Shown: positions 13,635-27,331, counted from the first letter of the stretch. The stretch: 64,000 bases of DNA from Octopus vulgaris (GCA_951406725.2 OX597814.1:220224001-220288000); one strand, 5' to 3'. The notes: a model not told the origin generated them from the sequence alone. Made by a program: numbers and translations.

Positions 13635-13925
13635 CCATAACAGTAATAGAAGCCATTCTGCTATCATTGCCTGCAGAGGAAGTAACAAGGCAGGTGTAAT
13701 TACCAACATCAATACCATTGACACTTTTGATACGCAGTGTCCCATTCTCAATGCTGTGTCGTTCACTGGGTTTGATAATAGTTCTTTTATTGTCTGGGGG
13801 TTTCTCGTGTATCCACTGCCAACTCACAGTCACTGATGGATCACTAGTGACACCACATCGGAGAATTGCTGTGCTACCAAAAACTAAAGCTTGGGTCTGT
13901 GGGGGAAGACTGATTTGAGTTTTTC
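13635..13925 (-). CDS. sdk: Sidekick-like exon: complete Ig6 domain
   Basis: Acceptor ccaatttacag|GA, donor ATGG|gtaagt. 291 bp, phase 1->1. Translation (R)KTQISLPPQTQALVFGSTAILRCGVTSDPSVTVSWQW...DVGNYTCLVTSSAGNDSRMASITVM. GNDSRMA and CGxTxDP match vertebrate Sdk Ig6 as I recall it. Confidence 0.95.
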
Positions 13926-14195
13926 CTGTAAATTGGAAAAAAAAAAAAAAAAAATTAACAAAAAAGAAAAATCATAAAATTAATTAAGAGAACTAAAGCA
14001 ACATATTAAGATGACATTCATAAATGTCAAATATTTTTTTTTTTGTGCAAGTAAATTGCTTCTTAAATACATAAACTTGTGTGTGTGTGTTTTCTTTTTG
14101 CATATGATATTAAACGAATGCTTAATGAATAAATCTTCCCCATACATAAATGGCTTTCAAAGAGAAAACATTCATTAATTTATAGAAACCTTTAA

Positions 14196-14414
14196 CCCTT
14201 TAGTATTTAAACCGGCCATATCCGGCCAAAATAGCTAATCTGTTTTATGTTCAAACTGACCAGATCCAGGCTCTCACACCTACCCTACAATGTTATTCTA
14301 CATTAAGTAATTACACCATCAAGATCTTGAAGATATGAGATAATGCATGATTAATTCAAATCAATGGGAATCAATAAGCATTATGTTTGATAGAATAATC
14401 TGAACACTAAAGGG
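14196..14414 (+). mobile_element. piggyBac-type MITE, second family
   Basis: TIR ccctttagt / actaaaggg with TTAA TSD; copies at 34725 and 58350. Confidence 0.82.
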
Positions 14415-14567
14415 TTAAGATGATTGCACATGCTGTGCTATTTATTTAAAAGAACCACAGAGTTTAAGATGGCAGTTTAAGATTTCTTCACTCTTAAGTT
14501 ACACACTGTCTTTCCATGTTCTACACTTCTTTCACTCACAGCAGTAAAATTTCCTGTTTCATGCTTG

Positions 14568-14979
14568 TACTCTTTTACTCTTTTACTTGTTTCAGTCATT
14601 TGACTGCGGCCATGCTGGAGCACCGCCTTTAGTCGAGCAAATCGACCTCGGGACTTATTCTTTGTAAGCCCAGTACTTATTCTATCGGTCTCTTTTGCCG
14701 AACCGCTAAGTAACGGGGACATAAACACACCAGCATCGGTTGTCAAGCAATGCTAGGGGGACAAACACAGACACACAAACATACACACACACACACATAT
14801 ATATATACATATATATGGCGGGCTTCTTTCAGTTTCCGTCTACCAAATCCACTCACAAGGCTTTGGTCGGCCCGAGGCTATAGTAGAAGACACTTGCCCA
14901 AGGTGCCATGCAGTGGGACTGAACCCGGAACCATGTGGTTGGTAAACAAGCTACTTACCACACAGCCACTCCTGCGCCT
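14568..14979 (-). mobile_element. SINE family B
   Basis: Full length; direct repeat cttgtactctttt at both ends. Confidence 0.88.
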
Positions 14980-15346
14980 TGTACTCTTTTCTTACATATC
15001 TACCAACACTTAACAATCAGTAATCAAAGAATCGGGTTAGAACTAAATAGCTTCAGATCTAATTCAGAATTTCAGTATTCTTATTCAATGTGCTGTAAGG
15101 TCTGAAGGATTGAATTTGAAACTAAATTTCGGTCTAAACCCAATTCCCAAAAGAGTGGGCTTGAGTGCTTGGAAATAGTACACCTGACAGGTAGCTATTG
15201 TTATAAGCATTAACTGGATTGTCGTATTGGAAGCTGAGACATGGAAAGATGAGAGTGAACAGCTGAACAAGCTGACCAAACACATACAAACAAATGTCAC
15301 ATCTGCAACGAATTCCTAGTAGACAGATCGACAAGATAGCCTCTAC

Positions 15347-15680
15347 ATCATCATCATCATCATCATCATCGTTTAACGTCCGTTTTCTATGCTGGCATGG
15401 GTTGGACGGTTTGACCGAAGTCTGGAGAGCCAGCGGCTGCACCAGGCTCCAATCTTGATCTGGCAATGTTTCTACAGCTGGATGCCCTTCCTAATGCCAA
15501 CCACTGCAAGAGTGTAGTGGGTGCTTTTTAAGTGCCACCAGCATGGGGGCCAGTCAAGCGGGCCTGGCATCGATCCCACTCGGATGGTGCTTTTTATGTG
15601 CCTCCAGCACAAGAGCCAGTCAGTGGGTACTGACATCAGCCACGATTGTTTGGTACTTTTTACGTGCCACTGGCATGGAT
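15347..15680 (-). mobile_element. Family C
   Basis: Same motifs, reverse orientation. Confidence 0.8.
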
Positions 15681-16629
15681 GCATATCTTGCTAGAAATAA
15701 CAGCCAAATCTCTCATCTGACCATCTTAAAAAAGAAGTAAGGGTACATTGGATAATGTAGTCTTAGATATATGAGGGATGTATGAAAAGTTTTGAGCCTT
15801 GAAGTCTTGTACCTTCATCTTGTAATCTGCTTCATTTTTTTTAGGTTCAAAACTTTTCATACACCCCTTGTACTATGACTAAAAAAAACTCAAAAACAAT
15901 GCGATGGTCACTTTTGGAATAACTTTGTCATAGGTCTGATATATCTTGAGTAGGGTTAACTTAAAACGCTAAACAATAACAACAACAACAACTGCACTAG
16001 TGTAAATCTGATATGGGTGTGAGATGAAATGGAGAGGGCTTAACTAGGAAATATTAATCAATTATTTTCATCAAATAGCTTTTTCTTCAAACAATTTTTT
16101 TTTTCTTTAATTTGAAATGTTTGCCAAACAATTTAGAGGTAGACACTTAGAACAAATGAAAAGTTAAAGCCATGCAACTATGACAACTCAGAATGAAAAT
16201 AAAAAAAAAAACAAACAAAAAGCTGAATTGATGATGATGGTGATGATGATGCTACCATACATCAATATAAATTATTGATATGAATACTAAGTTCAATCAA
16301 GTGTGGTTGCTGGCATGACCTTGTACTAAAGAAGCTCACTTAGCAATGACATGGTTCCTAGTTCGCTTCTGTTGCATGGCAGGCCTTAGTTAAGTGTTTT
16401 ATTTCTAATTACAGCCATTTGAGTGAAGTCGGGGAGATGAAAGCTGCAAGGAAGACTGCATTTGTAAATTCAAAATACCAGACTTGTCACATGCAGCGTC
16501 ATGCTGAGTCTGTCTGAGAATTATTTAAGGGTACAGATATCTGTGGAATACTCAACCACTTACATTACAACTCAAAGAGTAGATAACTCCATTTATCAAA
16601 CTACTATTGGAACACTAATCTGTCAAACA

Positions 16630-16968
16630 CAACCACTCCAAGAGTGTAGTGGGTGCTTTTACATGCCACCAGCACGAGGGACAGTCAGGTGGTACTGGCA
16701 ACGGCCACGCTCATAAAAAGGACCATTTGAGCGTGGCTGTTGCCAGTACTGCCTGATTGGCCCTTGTGCCAGTGGCACATAAAAGCATCCCACTACACTC
16801 TTGGAGTGGTTGGCATTAGGAAGGGCATCCAGCTGTAGAAACTCTGCCAGATCAGATTGGAGCCTGGTGCAGCCATCTGGTTCACCAGACCTCAGTCAAA
16901 TCGTCCAACCCATGCTAGCATGGAAAGCGGACGTTAAACGATGATGATGATGATGATGATGATGATGA
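16630..16968 (+). mobile_element. Family C with inverted 5' duplication
   Basis: 16630-16713 is an imperfect reverse complement of 16728-16812. Confidence 0.8.
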
Positions 16969-17196
16969 GCACAAGATCCATTTACCATGTTTACATTGGT
17001 TAGACAAAATTTACTGAGGCAAATTTTCTAAGGCCAGTTGTCCTTCCTGCCACCAACCCTCACCTATTTCCAAGAAGATAATAATCTCTCAGTCCTATCA
17101 AACAGCCTATGTAGTAAACTAGAAACTAAAGGGATCATTTGAAAGGATCTTTTCTTTACAAAGACTGTGCAATGTATATATATATATGTATATATA

Positions 17197-17502
17197 TCAT
17201 GTGATCACGTGACCGACCAGACCATCAGATGTTGCTACACATCGCTGGTCACAATACGTTCGCATTGTTTTAGCCTTCAAACGATGCCACCCCGCTGGCT
17301 TAGCAGGTAGGCCAACAGAAGAAAGAGTGGGAGAAAGAGTGGTGAAAGAGTACAGCAGGGATCACCACCCCCTGCCGGAGCCTCGTGGAGCTTTTTAGGT
17401 GTTTTCACTCAATAAACACACACAACACCCGGTCTGGGAATCGAAACAGCGATCCTACGACCGCGAGTCCGCTGCCCTAACCATTGGGCCATTGCGCCTC
17501 CA
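17197..17502 (-). mobile_element. SINE with family-A head and core but a different 3' tail
   Basis: 17325-17502 matches the family A 5' half; 17197-17320 does not match the family A tail. Confidence 0.8.
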
Positions 17503-17692
17503 CATATGTATATATATATGTATATATATATATATGTATATATATATGTTAAGACATGCCAAGAAACCCAGACATGCCTTCATGGTTGAGTGCAAGCAAT
17601 AAACACTACCTTTATTGACAGCGAGACCCTTGTTTACAGTCAACAAACATTCATAAAGAAGTGGAAAAAGGTGAAGTCACTCACACAAACAT

Positions 17693-17737
<45 letters not shown>

Positions 17738-17760
17738 GTATATATCTATATATATACTAT

Positions 17761-17920
17761 AGGAGTGGCTGTGTGGTAAGTAGCTTACTTACGAACCACA
17801 TGGTTCCGGGTTCAGTCCCATTGCGTAGCACCTTGGGCAAGTGTCTTCTACTATAGCCTCGGGTCGACCAAAGCCTTGTGAGTAGATTTGGTAGACGGAA
17901 ACTGACAGAATCCTGTCGTA

Positions 17921-17977
<57 letters not shown>

Positions 17978-18171
17978 ATATGTTTGTGTGTATGTGTTTG
18001 TCCACCCAATGTCGTTTCACAACTGATGCTGGTGTGTTTACGTCCCCGTAACTTAGTGGTTCGATAGAATAAGTACTAGGCTTACAAAGAATAAGTCCTC
18101 AGGTCGATTTGCTCGACTAAAGGCAGTGCTCCAGCATGGCCGCAGTCAAATGACTGAAACAAGTAAAAGAG
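17761..18171 (+). mobile_element. SINE family B
   Basis: Similarity to the other family B copies. Confidence 0.88.
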
Positions 18172-20309
18172 TGTATATATATATGTATATATATATATAA
18201 ACAATAGACTCAGAAAACATAATTTGTATTTTAAGCCTTATAAGATATACGTGTTTCAGTAAACAAATTGTCATTATTAAGCAAGACAATTGGCCAGATA
18301 ATACCAGCCAATCAACTCACTTCCTTGGTATTCTCAGTGAAAAATACATTTTCTGTGTTTATTATTACTTGAATTCTTCACAGTAGTCTATCTAAAATAT
18401 GACGGCCTTTGTCTAACTGCATGGTGGTTATAAGAGTAGATGTGGAACTTTCTACTGAGCCCAAACCTTTGGTTACTATAGCATAAAATACCAGTCAACA
18501 ACGTTTACGCAATGAGATCTAACCTCAGACCAAATGGTTTTGAATTCAACTTTTTAACCAGACCGCCATGCCTGCATCTATCTGTCTAGTTTAAATAAGT
18601 ATTCGGTTTTAATATTTTATGTTTCAGGAAAACAGTAGATTGGCAGAATTATTAGAGTGTCACATCAGACAAAATACCTTGCAGGATTTAGTTGTGGCTC
18701 TTTACATTCTGGGTTCAAATCCTGCTAAGGTCAACCTTGCCTTCCATTCTTGTTGGGGTGATAAAAAGAAAAGCACCAGGCAAGTACAGGGGTGAAGTGG
18801 GTTAATATAATCAATTAACCTCTCTCCACAAAATTTAAGGTATGACGCCTACCTAAGAAATCAATATTTCATGCATAAGGAAAAAGTGTTGTAAAAAAAA
18901 ATAAATAAAATAAAATAAATTATAAGGCAATGTAAAAGCACGGAGCCAAATAATGGCAATTTGGTAATCTTACAGAAACACTATGAAGTAAAACTATTTT
19001 GGTCCTGATGTATTTATTTATTAATTTCTGAAAGGAAAAAAATATATTCTATTTAATTGATTCTTGTACATCTTCCATGTAAAGTGGTGAAGAACCCATG
19101 GCAGGATTTGAATGCACAACATAAGCAAACAGTAAGCAGACTACCTTGCTACCATTTGTGTCATGTGCAAAGAAAAAAAAAAAAGCATACGACCAAATCC
19201 AACAGAAATAACAAAATCAAACACTAAATGAAATGATGGCAGTACTTATATTCGGTCTAATCTGACAGATTTAGGTGTTCTATGAACTAGTAAGATGACT
19301 ATATTAAGAAAAAAAAAAAAAAAAAAAAAAAAAAAGAAAGAAAAATGGTAAAAAGATTCCATAAACAAACTAGCAATGTGAAAATGAAAAATTTTTTCCC
19401 AAGCAGGTCACGAGAATATAATAAAAGAAAAATAAAGAAAAAATACTTTCAACCTGTCTGATTGATGGAAGAATACATGAAATGTTTAGTTAGTTTTAGA
19501 TATTCAACTGACTGGAATCTGTTCAAAATTTTATAAATATTACAAACTCAGACATGTGTGTGTGTGTGTGTGTAGTTAAGATGGTGTTTCTTAAACTGTT
19601 TGTCATGAGACAGTGGTGTGCAACAAAGATGTTGTTCCATGTGCCATGAAGGTAGTAAAATTACATTTGAAAAGAATGTGCAAAATACAAACTTGAAATT
19701 CTTCACATAAAGTCTACAGAACTGTGGTTCCTTTATTGCATAATCCAAGCAAACAATTAGTAATTTCCTTTGGTTTAAATTATGTTTACAGATTAAAACG
19801 CATTAATACTATGTCTTTTTTTTTTATCTTTCACCTGTTACTTGTTCTAGTCATTGGACAACAGCCATGCTGGGGCACCACATTCAGGGGTTCAGTCAAA
19901 CAATTTGACTTCAGTATTTGATTTGGGGGGGGGGCTTTTAAACCTGGTACTTATTCTATCAGTCTCTTTTTTCTGAACTGCTAAGTGACAGGGATGTAAG
20001 CAAACCAACATTCGTCAAGTGGTGGGAGACAGACAAACAGACAGACACATACACACACATCATTTTTTTTTCTATAGAAATTAAAGCCAGCACTGAAAAT
20101 TACATTTAATATATGAAGAATTCTGTGTGAACAATGCAATCAAAGATAGGAAAAATAGGTAATAGGTGTATATGCATATTTCAGGAGTTATTGCTCTTTC
20201 ATCAGCATCACCTCCAATTCATTAACCATCCATAAACACATTGCTTAAATATCTACTAAATTTAGTGTGTAACACAACTGGATATACCAATTTTACATAC
20301 GAAATACAT

Positions 20310-20570
20310 TCCTGGAAACTGATATGAACATTTTGTTTCTGGATTTGGTTTGCAAGATTCCATATATGAGTTTGTGTGTTGAAGCATATTCTGTTGTGTC
20401 TGGGGAGAGTCATTTTCTTTTTGTGCCTTATAATGTAACACACTCACCGGTAAAATTTCCACTTATTTCTTATTTTTATTTTCCTAAAATTTTCATTGCG
20501 TCTTGCAATCTTTTCAATACTCTGTTATAAGGCACAAAAAGAAAATGTCTCTCCCCAGACACAATATGAT
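20310..20570. mobile_element. Partially inverted, probably Penelope-related element (relatives at 23908-24056 plus 24657-24700, and 41797-42385)
   Basis: ttgtgtctggggagag...gtgcctta is shared by three loci; 40-bp inverted repeat 20394-20433 / 20525-20564. Confidence 0.55.
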
Positions 20571-21282
20571 ATGAACATATTAATTGCTTGTAGGGACACC
20601 GTATTTCATTATGTAACCATAATATACTATGAGTTATATGATTGCATCTATGACAGGCTTCTTTCGGTTTCCATCTGCCAAATCCACTCACAAAGTTTTG
20701 GTTGGCTTGGGGCTATAGAAGAAGACACTTGCCCACGGTGTCACACAATGAGACTGCACGCAGAATCACATGACTGGGAAGAAAACTTCTCACAACACAG
20801 CCACAGTCGTTTGTTTTCCCTTTGCTTATAAACAAAATGTGGCAAAATATTTGTATTTGCTGTCCAGTGTACTGTGAGAGGAAGAAAACAAAGGCAAAGC
20901 GTTCAGGAACCATAGATTTAAGAAGTTTGCTTTGGATCATAGGCTCAGGAACATGGGGGGTGGCGATGACAATGACAAAGTGTCCAAATGCACCCCTAAA
21001 ATTTTTGAAGGGTAACGAAAATGCTTAGAAACATCCTGGGTTGGACCTAGGTTTGCACTCCCTAAGGAAATTTCATTCCCACGCTTATGTCTGGAATCAC
21101 ATGGCTCTGGTTTTGATCCTACTGTGTGATACCTTGAGTAAGGACCTCTGGCATACCTTGCAAATAAAATTTGGTTGATGGAAACAGCATCAAGACCATC
21201 CTATACATGTGTGTGTGTGTGTGTGCATTGTATATATATTTAGTCTGATGAAGGACAGTAAGTAGAAGCTTTTAAGTCACTG

Positions 21283-21800
<518 letters not shown>

Positions 21801-22071
21801 TAATATAGACAACAGGTTGCAATGTTTCACCAAAAAGGAGATTTATAATTGTCACTAAATGTGACTAGGGTGTTAGGAAAAACCTACATTGCTAGAAACA
21901 AAAGCTAAAATGCTCTAATGCTGTAGTTAATGCACATGAATGCAAACATATACACAAACAGGAACCTGAGTTTCTAAAAAGTGCCAATCGAGAATTCTTA
22001 ATACTGATGTCAAATTTGGCAATTTCTGTTGCCTCATCAGTTAAGCTTGCTCAATCTTGGCTCTCTTTCTA

Positions 22072-22152
<81 letters not shown>

Positions 22153-23510
22153 TATAGGGTAAAGAATTATTAATTTAATAATTAACAAATTTTACCAAGT
22201 AGTTTCAGTATGGAAAAAAACCATTATCAGTAACAACTTATACAAAAAGTTTTTTTTATATAATTATAAATATAATTAAGGGTTTAGCTACAAGTTGCTT
22301 CTTTTTGCCTTTGTGAGTTACAAATATTGCTGTCTGTGAAGTCATATTTGTAGTGAAAAGAATTAGCTGTCTCTTGGCTGCTATTTCTAAATTTTTGGTA
22401 TGTGGTGAAGCAACTTGTTGCTAAACCCTTATACACACACACACTAATGTTTGTTTTTAGGTCAAGTTATATATAAAAACAATTTAATATGAAATTGAAG
22501 ATATTACTCAGTACTTTTTAGTAGAGTGCATGTTTATAAAATTTTTACAAGAGGAGTAACAGTGATTTGATCTCAAGAGGCTGAATAAACATAAGGATGA
22601 GGTGCTGTGCTGGAGAAGATTCATTTAGCCCAGCCCACACATGGATAGGCCTAAAACGATGCTGATGATGAAGCTACACACATCTTCCTTTCTATGCAGA
22701 TACCTACATTGACTGTCTGCCAGTATGTCTGTCAATCTATCTATCTCAAACGTGAAGGTTGTGTTGATAATCTTTTTGATTGGAAAGACGTCATTTCTCA
22801 TGAGATTGTTCCAGATGCTGGAGAAGGAGAGAGAGGGGGAAGAGAGAGGGAGAGAGAGAGAGAGAGCGTGTGCATGTGTGTATGTATGTAAGTATAGTAT
22901 GCATGTATGTGTGCAAATGTATGTATCCATGTGTGTATGCAACGGCTTCTGCACATTTCTGTTAAGTGAATCCATACACAAAGTATTGGTTGAATACAGG
23001 TTGGGGTAGAAGATGCTGATGGAATCAAACTGCTCAGGTGGTAGAGATAAGCCTGAAGCTGATAATACTGAAACTGACACCAATATTAATTGGACTTGTT
23101 TTATAAGTTGAAACGCTAACTCAGCTAAGGCAGGATTTGAACTCAAAAGTCAAGAGTTGTAAAAACATAGTGCAAAACGTTTTTATCTGATGCTTTAATT
23201 ATTCTTTTAATGCTCACCTTTACTTAAAAGTATATGTACAAACACATACACACACATACATTTATATGTCAGGCTACTTTCAATTTCTGTCCACCAATTC
23301 CATTCACAAGGTTTCAATTGGCCTGGGGCTGTAGTAAAAGGCACTAGCCCACAGTGCCATGCAGTGGGAATGAATCTAAAATCTGAACTTGTGTGGTTAA
23401 GAAACAAACTTCTTAATCACGCTGCCATACTTGCAGCTATAACAGCCATACCTATGCTCTTAATATATATATAAAAAAAAAAAATATATATATATATATA
23501 TATCTATATG

Positions 23511-23821
23511 GAACATAAAAAGCACCATCTGAATCGTGGCCGAAGCCAGTGCTGCCTCGACTGGCTTCCATGCCGTTGGCACGTAAAATGCACCAATCCA
23601 ACCGTGGCCGTTGCCAGCCTCGCCTGGCACCTGTGCAGGTGGCACGTAAAAAGCACCCACTACACTCACGGAGTGGTTGATGTTAGGAAGGGCATCCAGC
23701 TGTAGAAACTTTGCCAGATAAGACCGGAGCCTGGTGCAGCCTTCTGGCTTCCCAGATCCCCGGTCGAACCGTCCAACCCATGCTAGCATGGAGAACGGAC
23801 GTTAAACGATGATGATGATGA
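23511..23821 (+). mobile_element. Family C
   Basis: Same motifs. Confidence 0.8.
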
Positions 23822-23843
23822 TATATACATATATATATAAATG

Positions 23844-23875
<32 letters not shown>

Positions 23876-24056
23876 AATGAATATATATATATATGTATAT
23901 ATATATATTATTGTGTCTGGGGAGAGTATTTCTCTTTTAGTGCCTTATCAATTAAACACACTGGTCTCATTTTCACTCATTTACTTGTTATTTTTTACTA
24001 AAAGTTTCACTGTGACTCACAACATATGCTTCAACACACGAATTCACATAAAGAAT

Positions 24057-24656
24057 CCTATTTCTTTATTGCCCACAAGGGGCTAAACATAGAGGGGACA
24101 AACAAAGACAGACAAAGGGATTAAGTCAATTACAAAGACCCCAGTGCTTAACTGGTACTTAAGTTATTGACCCCGAAAGGTTGAAAGGCAAAGTCGACCT
24201 CGGCGGAATTTGAACTCAGAACGTACGACAGACGAAATACCTATTTCTTTACTACCCATAAGGGGCTAAACATAGAGGGGACGAACAAGGACAGACAAAG
24301 GGATTAAGTCAATTACACAGACCCCAGTGCTTAACTGGTACTTAAGTTATCGACCCCGAAAGGTTGAAAGGCAAAGTCGACCTCGGCGGAATTTGAACTC
24401 AGAACGTAAGACAGACAAAATACCTATTTCTTTACTACCCACAAGGGGCTAAACATAGAGGGGACGAACAAGGAAAGACAACCGGATTAAGTCGATTATA
24501 TCAACCCCAGTGCGTAACTGATACTTATTTAATCGACCCCAAAAGAATGAAAGGCAAAGTCGACCTCAGCGGAATTTGAACTCAGAACGTAGCGGCAGGC
24601 GAAATACCACTAAGCTTATGCCCGGCGTGCTAATGCTTCTGCCAGCTTGCTGCCTT
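24057..24656 (-). mobile_element. tRNA-derived SINE family D, with a 183-bp body present three times in tandem
   Basis: Units start at 24057, 24240 and 24423. Contains B box GAGTTCAAATTCC and a gcctttcatcctttcggggtcgat-like central domain. Flanked by aattcacat(a/g)aagaatc. Confidence 0.85.
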
Positions 24657-24723
24657 CAATTCACATGAAGAATCTTGCAAACCACTTACAAAAACGAAAT
24701 ATATATGTATATATATATATATA

Positions 24724-25115
24724 TCTTTATAAGTCAAGTTGTGTGTCTGTCTCCTACGATTTAGATTCCTAACTACTCCCACATTTTGTGGTGCAGTTTA
24801 ACCAAAACCAGGTATCTTATAGTCGTGATTCATATCGAGCCCTTCTGGGTATTAGCACGTGTCTACGATGAGTCTACGATTTAAAAAAAAATTTACCATC
24901 ATTTTTTTCCATTTTAATGCATTTTTTTCGCTATTAAAAAAGGGAAGTAAATCTCTAAAAATGTCTACGATGAGTCAACGATTTAAAAAAAATTTACCAT
25001 CATTTTTTTTTCCATTTTTAATGCATTTTTTGCTATTTTTTGGCTATAACTCTCTAAAAATGCTTATATAGTTATTTCCCTTACAAACCCGAGCAACGCT
25101 GGGCGATACTGCTAG
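24724..25115 (+). mobile_element. Non-autonomous Helitron
   Basis: A|TC start, subterminal hairpin cccgagcaacgctggg, CTAG|T end, no TSD. Confidence 0.78.
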
Positions 25116-25127
25116 TATATTTATATA

Positions 25128-25508
25128 TCATCATCATCATCATCATCGTTTAACGTCCGCTTTCCATGCTAGCATGGGTTGGACGGTTCAACTGGGGTCT
25201 GGGAAGCCCGAAGGCTGCACCAGGCCAGTCAGATGTGGCAGTGTTTCTACAGCTGGATGCCCTTCCTAACGCCAACCACTCCGAGAGTGTAGTGGGTGAT
25301 TTTATGTGCCACCGACACAGGTGCCAGACGAGGCTGGCAGACGGCCACGCTCGGATGGTGTTTTTTATGTGCCACCGACACAGGTGCCAGACGAGGCTGG
25401 CAGACGGCCACGCTCGGATGGTGTTTTCTTATGTGTCACCGACACAGGTGCCAGACGAGGCTGGCGGACGGCCACGCTCGGATGGTGTTTGTTACGTGCC
25501 CTCAGCAC
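25128..25508 (-). mobile_element. Family C with three ~62-bp internal tandem units
   Basis: gtg(c/t)caccgacacaggtgccagacgaggctggc...gctcggatggtg occurs three times. Confidence 0.82.
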
Positions 25509-25565
<57 letters not shown>

Positions 25566-25630
25566 TGATAGAAATGGCAAGACAACAAAAGAATGAAAGA
25601 GACCTTGATATTATGTAAATAGAGGAATTT

Positions 25631-25789
25631 ATCTGTTAAATGTAATATGTGACAATTATTCGGTAACCATGATAAAACTCTGAGTTTTGGATGTCAGGGC
25701 AGAAACCCACAACCGTGAGTTTCTGCCCCAACATCCGAAACTCAGAGTTTTATCATGGCTACCAAATAATTGTCACATATCATATTTAC

Positions 25790-25793
<4 letters not shown>
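25631..25793. repeat. Long fold-back inverted repeat
   Basis: About 80-bp arms, 4-nt loop, scattered mismatches. Confidence 0.9.
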
Positions 25794-25844
<51 letters not shown>

Positions 25845-26100
25845 CACAATTATACTAGAGAGGTTTCCAAGTAACTTGTAAGACAAAGTAAAGAAAAGAA
25901 AAAAACCTTCTTGGTTGAGTGAGGTTGTTGTAGTGAAGGAGATGGCATTATACTTCAGCCTCTTGCCACAGGGCATAAAACCACCTCCCTCTTTACTGCA
26001 ACACCATTCATTCAGTGGTGAAGTTTTTTCTTTGTCTTCTGAGTTATTTGGTAACTACACCAGTGCCAACGTCATGAACAGAAAAGAAAAAAATACCCAA

Positions 26101-26502
26101 AGGCGCAGGAGTGGCTGTGTGGTAAGTAGCTTGCTAAACAACCACATGGTTCTGGGTTCAGTCCCACTGCGTGGCATCTTGGGGAAGTGTCTTCTGCTAT
26201 AGCCCTGGGCCGACCAATGCCTTGTGAGTGGATTTGGTAGACGGAAACTGAAAGAAGCCCGTCGTATATATGTATGTATATATATGTATGTGTGTGTGTC
26301 TGTGTTTGTCCCCCTAGCATTGCTTGACATCCGATGCTGGTGTGTTTACGTCCCGGTCACTTAGCGGTTCGGCAAAATAGACTGATAGAATAAGTACTGG
26401 GCTTACAAAGAATAAGTCCCGGGGTCGATTTGCTCGACTAAAGGCGGTGCTCCAACATGGCCGCAGTCAAATGACTAAAACAAGTAAAAGAGTAAAAGAG
26501 TA
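26101..26502 (+). mobile_element. SINE family B
   Basis: Full-length copy. Confidence 0.88.
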
Positions 26503-26879
26503 CCCTCTGCAAAGTGGTTGGCATTAGGAAGGGCACCTAGCCAATAAAATCAATGCCAAAGCAGGCAGATATTAGACCTTGATGCAGCCGTCTGATTTGT
26601 TGGATACTGTCAAACCATCCAACCCATGCCAGCATGGAAGACAAATGTTAAGTGATGATGATGATGATGATGATGATGATGCTGCACATATATGGATACA
26701 CTGATTGATAGACAGAGGGAGATATACTTTAGAATTAAAGGTGAGAGAATATGTGTGCTATGTATGTCCCTGTGTGGTCAGTTCAAGTATATTTTATTCT
26801 CAATAAAGGGATTTTTTTTTCTAGTTGTATGCATTCAAAGCATATGCAGCACAAGTAAAGAAAATCATTACTACTGAAC

Positions 26880-26918
<39 letters not shown>

Positions 26919-26945
26919 CAGGAGTTTATTATTAAATGTGTGAAC

Positions 26946-27331
26946 AGGAGTGACTGTGTGGGTAAGTAGCTTGCCAACCAACCACATGGTCCCGGGTTCA
27001 GTCCCACTGCGTGGCACCTTGGACAAGTGTCTTCTACTATAGCCTCGGGCCGACCAAAGCCTTGTGAGTGGATTTGGTAGACGGAAACTGAAAGAAGCCT
27101 GTCGTATATATGTATATATATATATATATGCGTGTGTATGTTTGTCCCCCTAGCATTGCTTCACAACCGATGCTGGTGTGTTTACGTCCCCGTCACTTAG
27201 CGGTTGGGCAAAATAGACCGATAAGAATAAGTACTGGGCTTACAAAAGAATAAGTCCCGGGGTCGATTTGCTCGACTAAAGGCGGTGCTCCAGCATGGCC
27301 GCAGTCAAATGACTGAAACAAGTAAAAGAGT
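26946..27331 (+). mobile_element. SINE family B
   Basis: Near full-length copy. Confidence 0.88.

Noticed and set aside
20938-21089. Possible hAT-like MITE (cataggc...gcttatg)
   Set aside because: TIRs are short and imperfect and no matching 8-bp TSD is visible.
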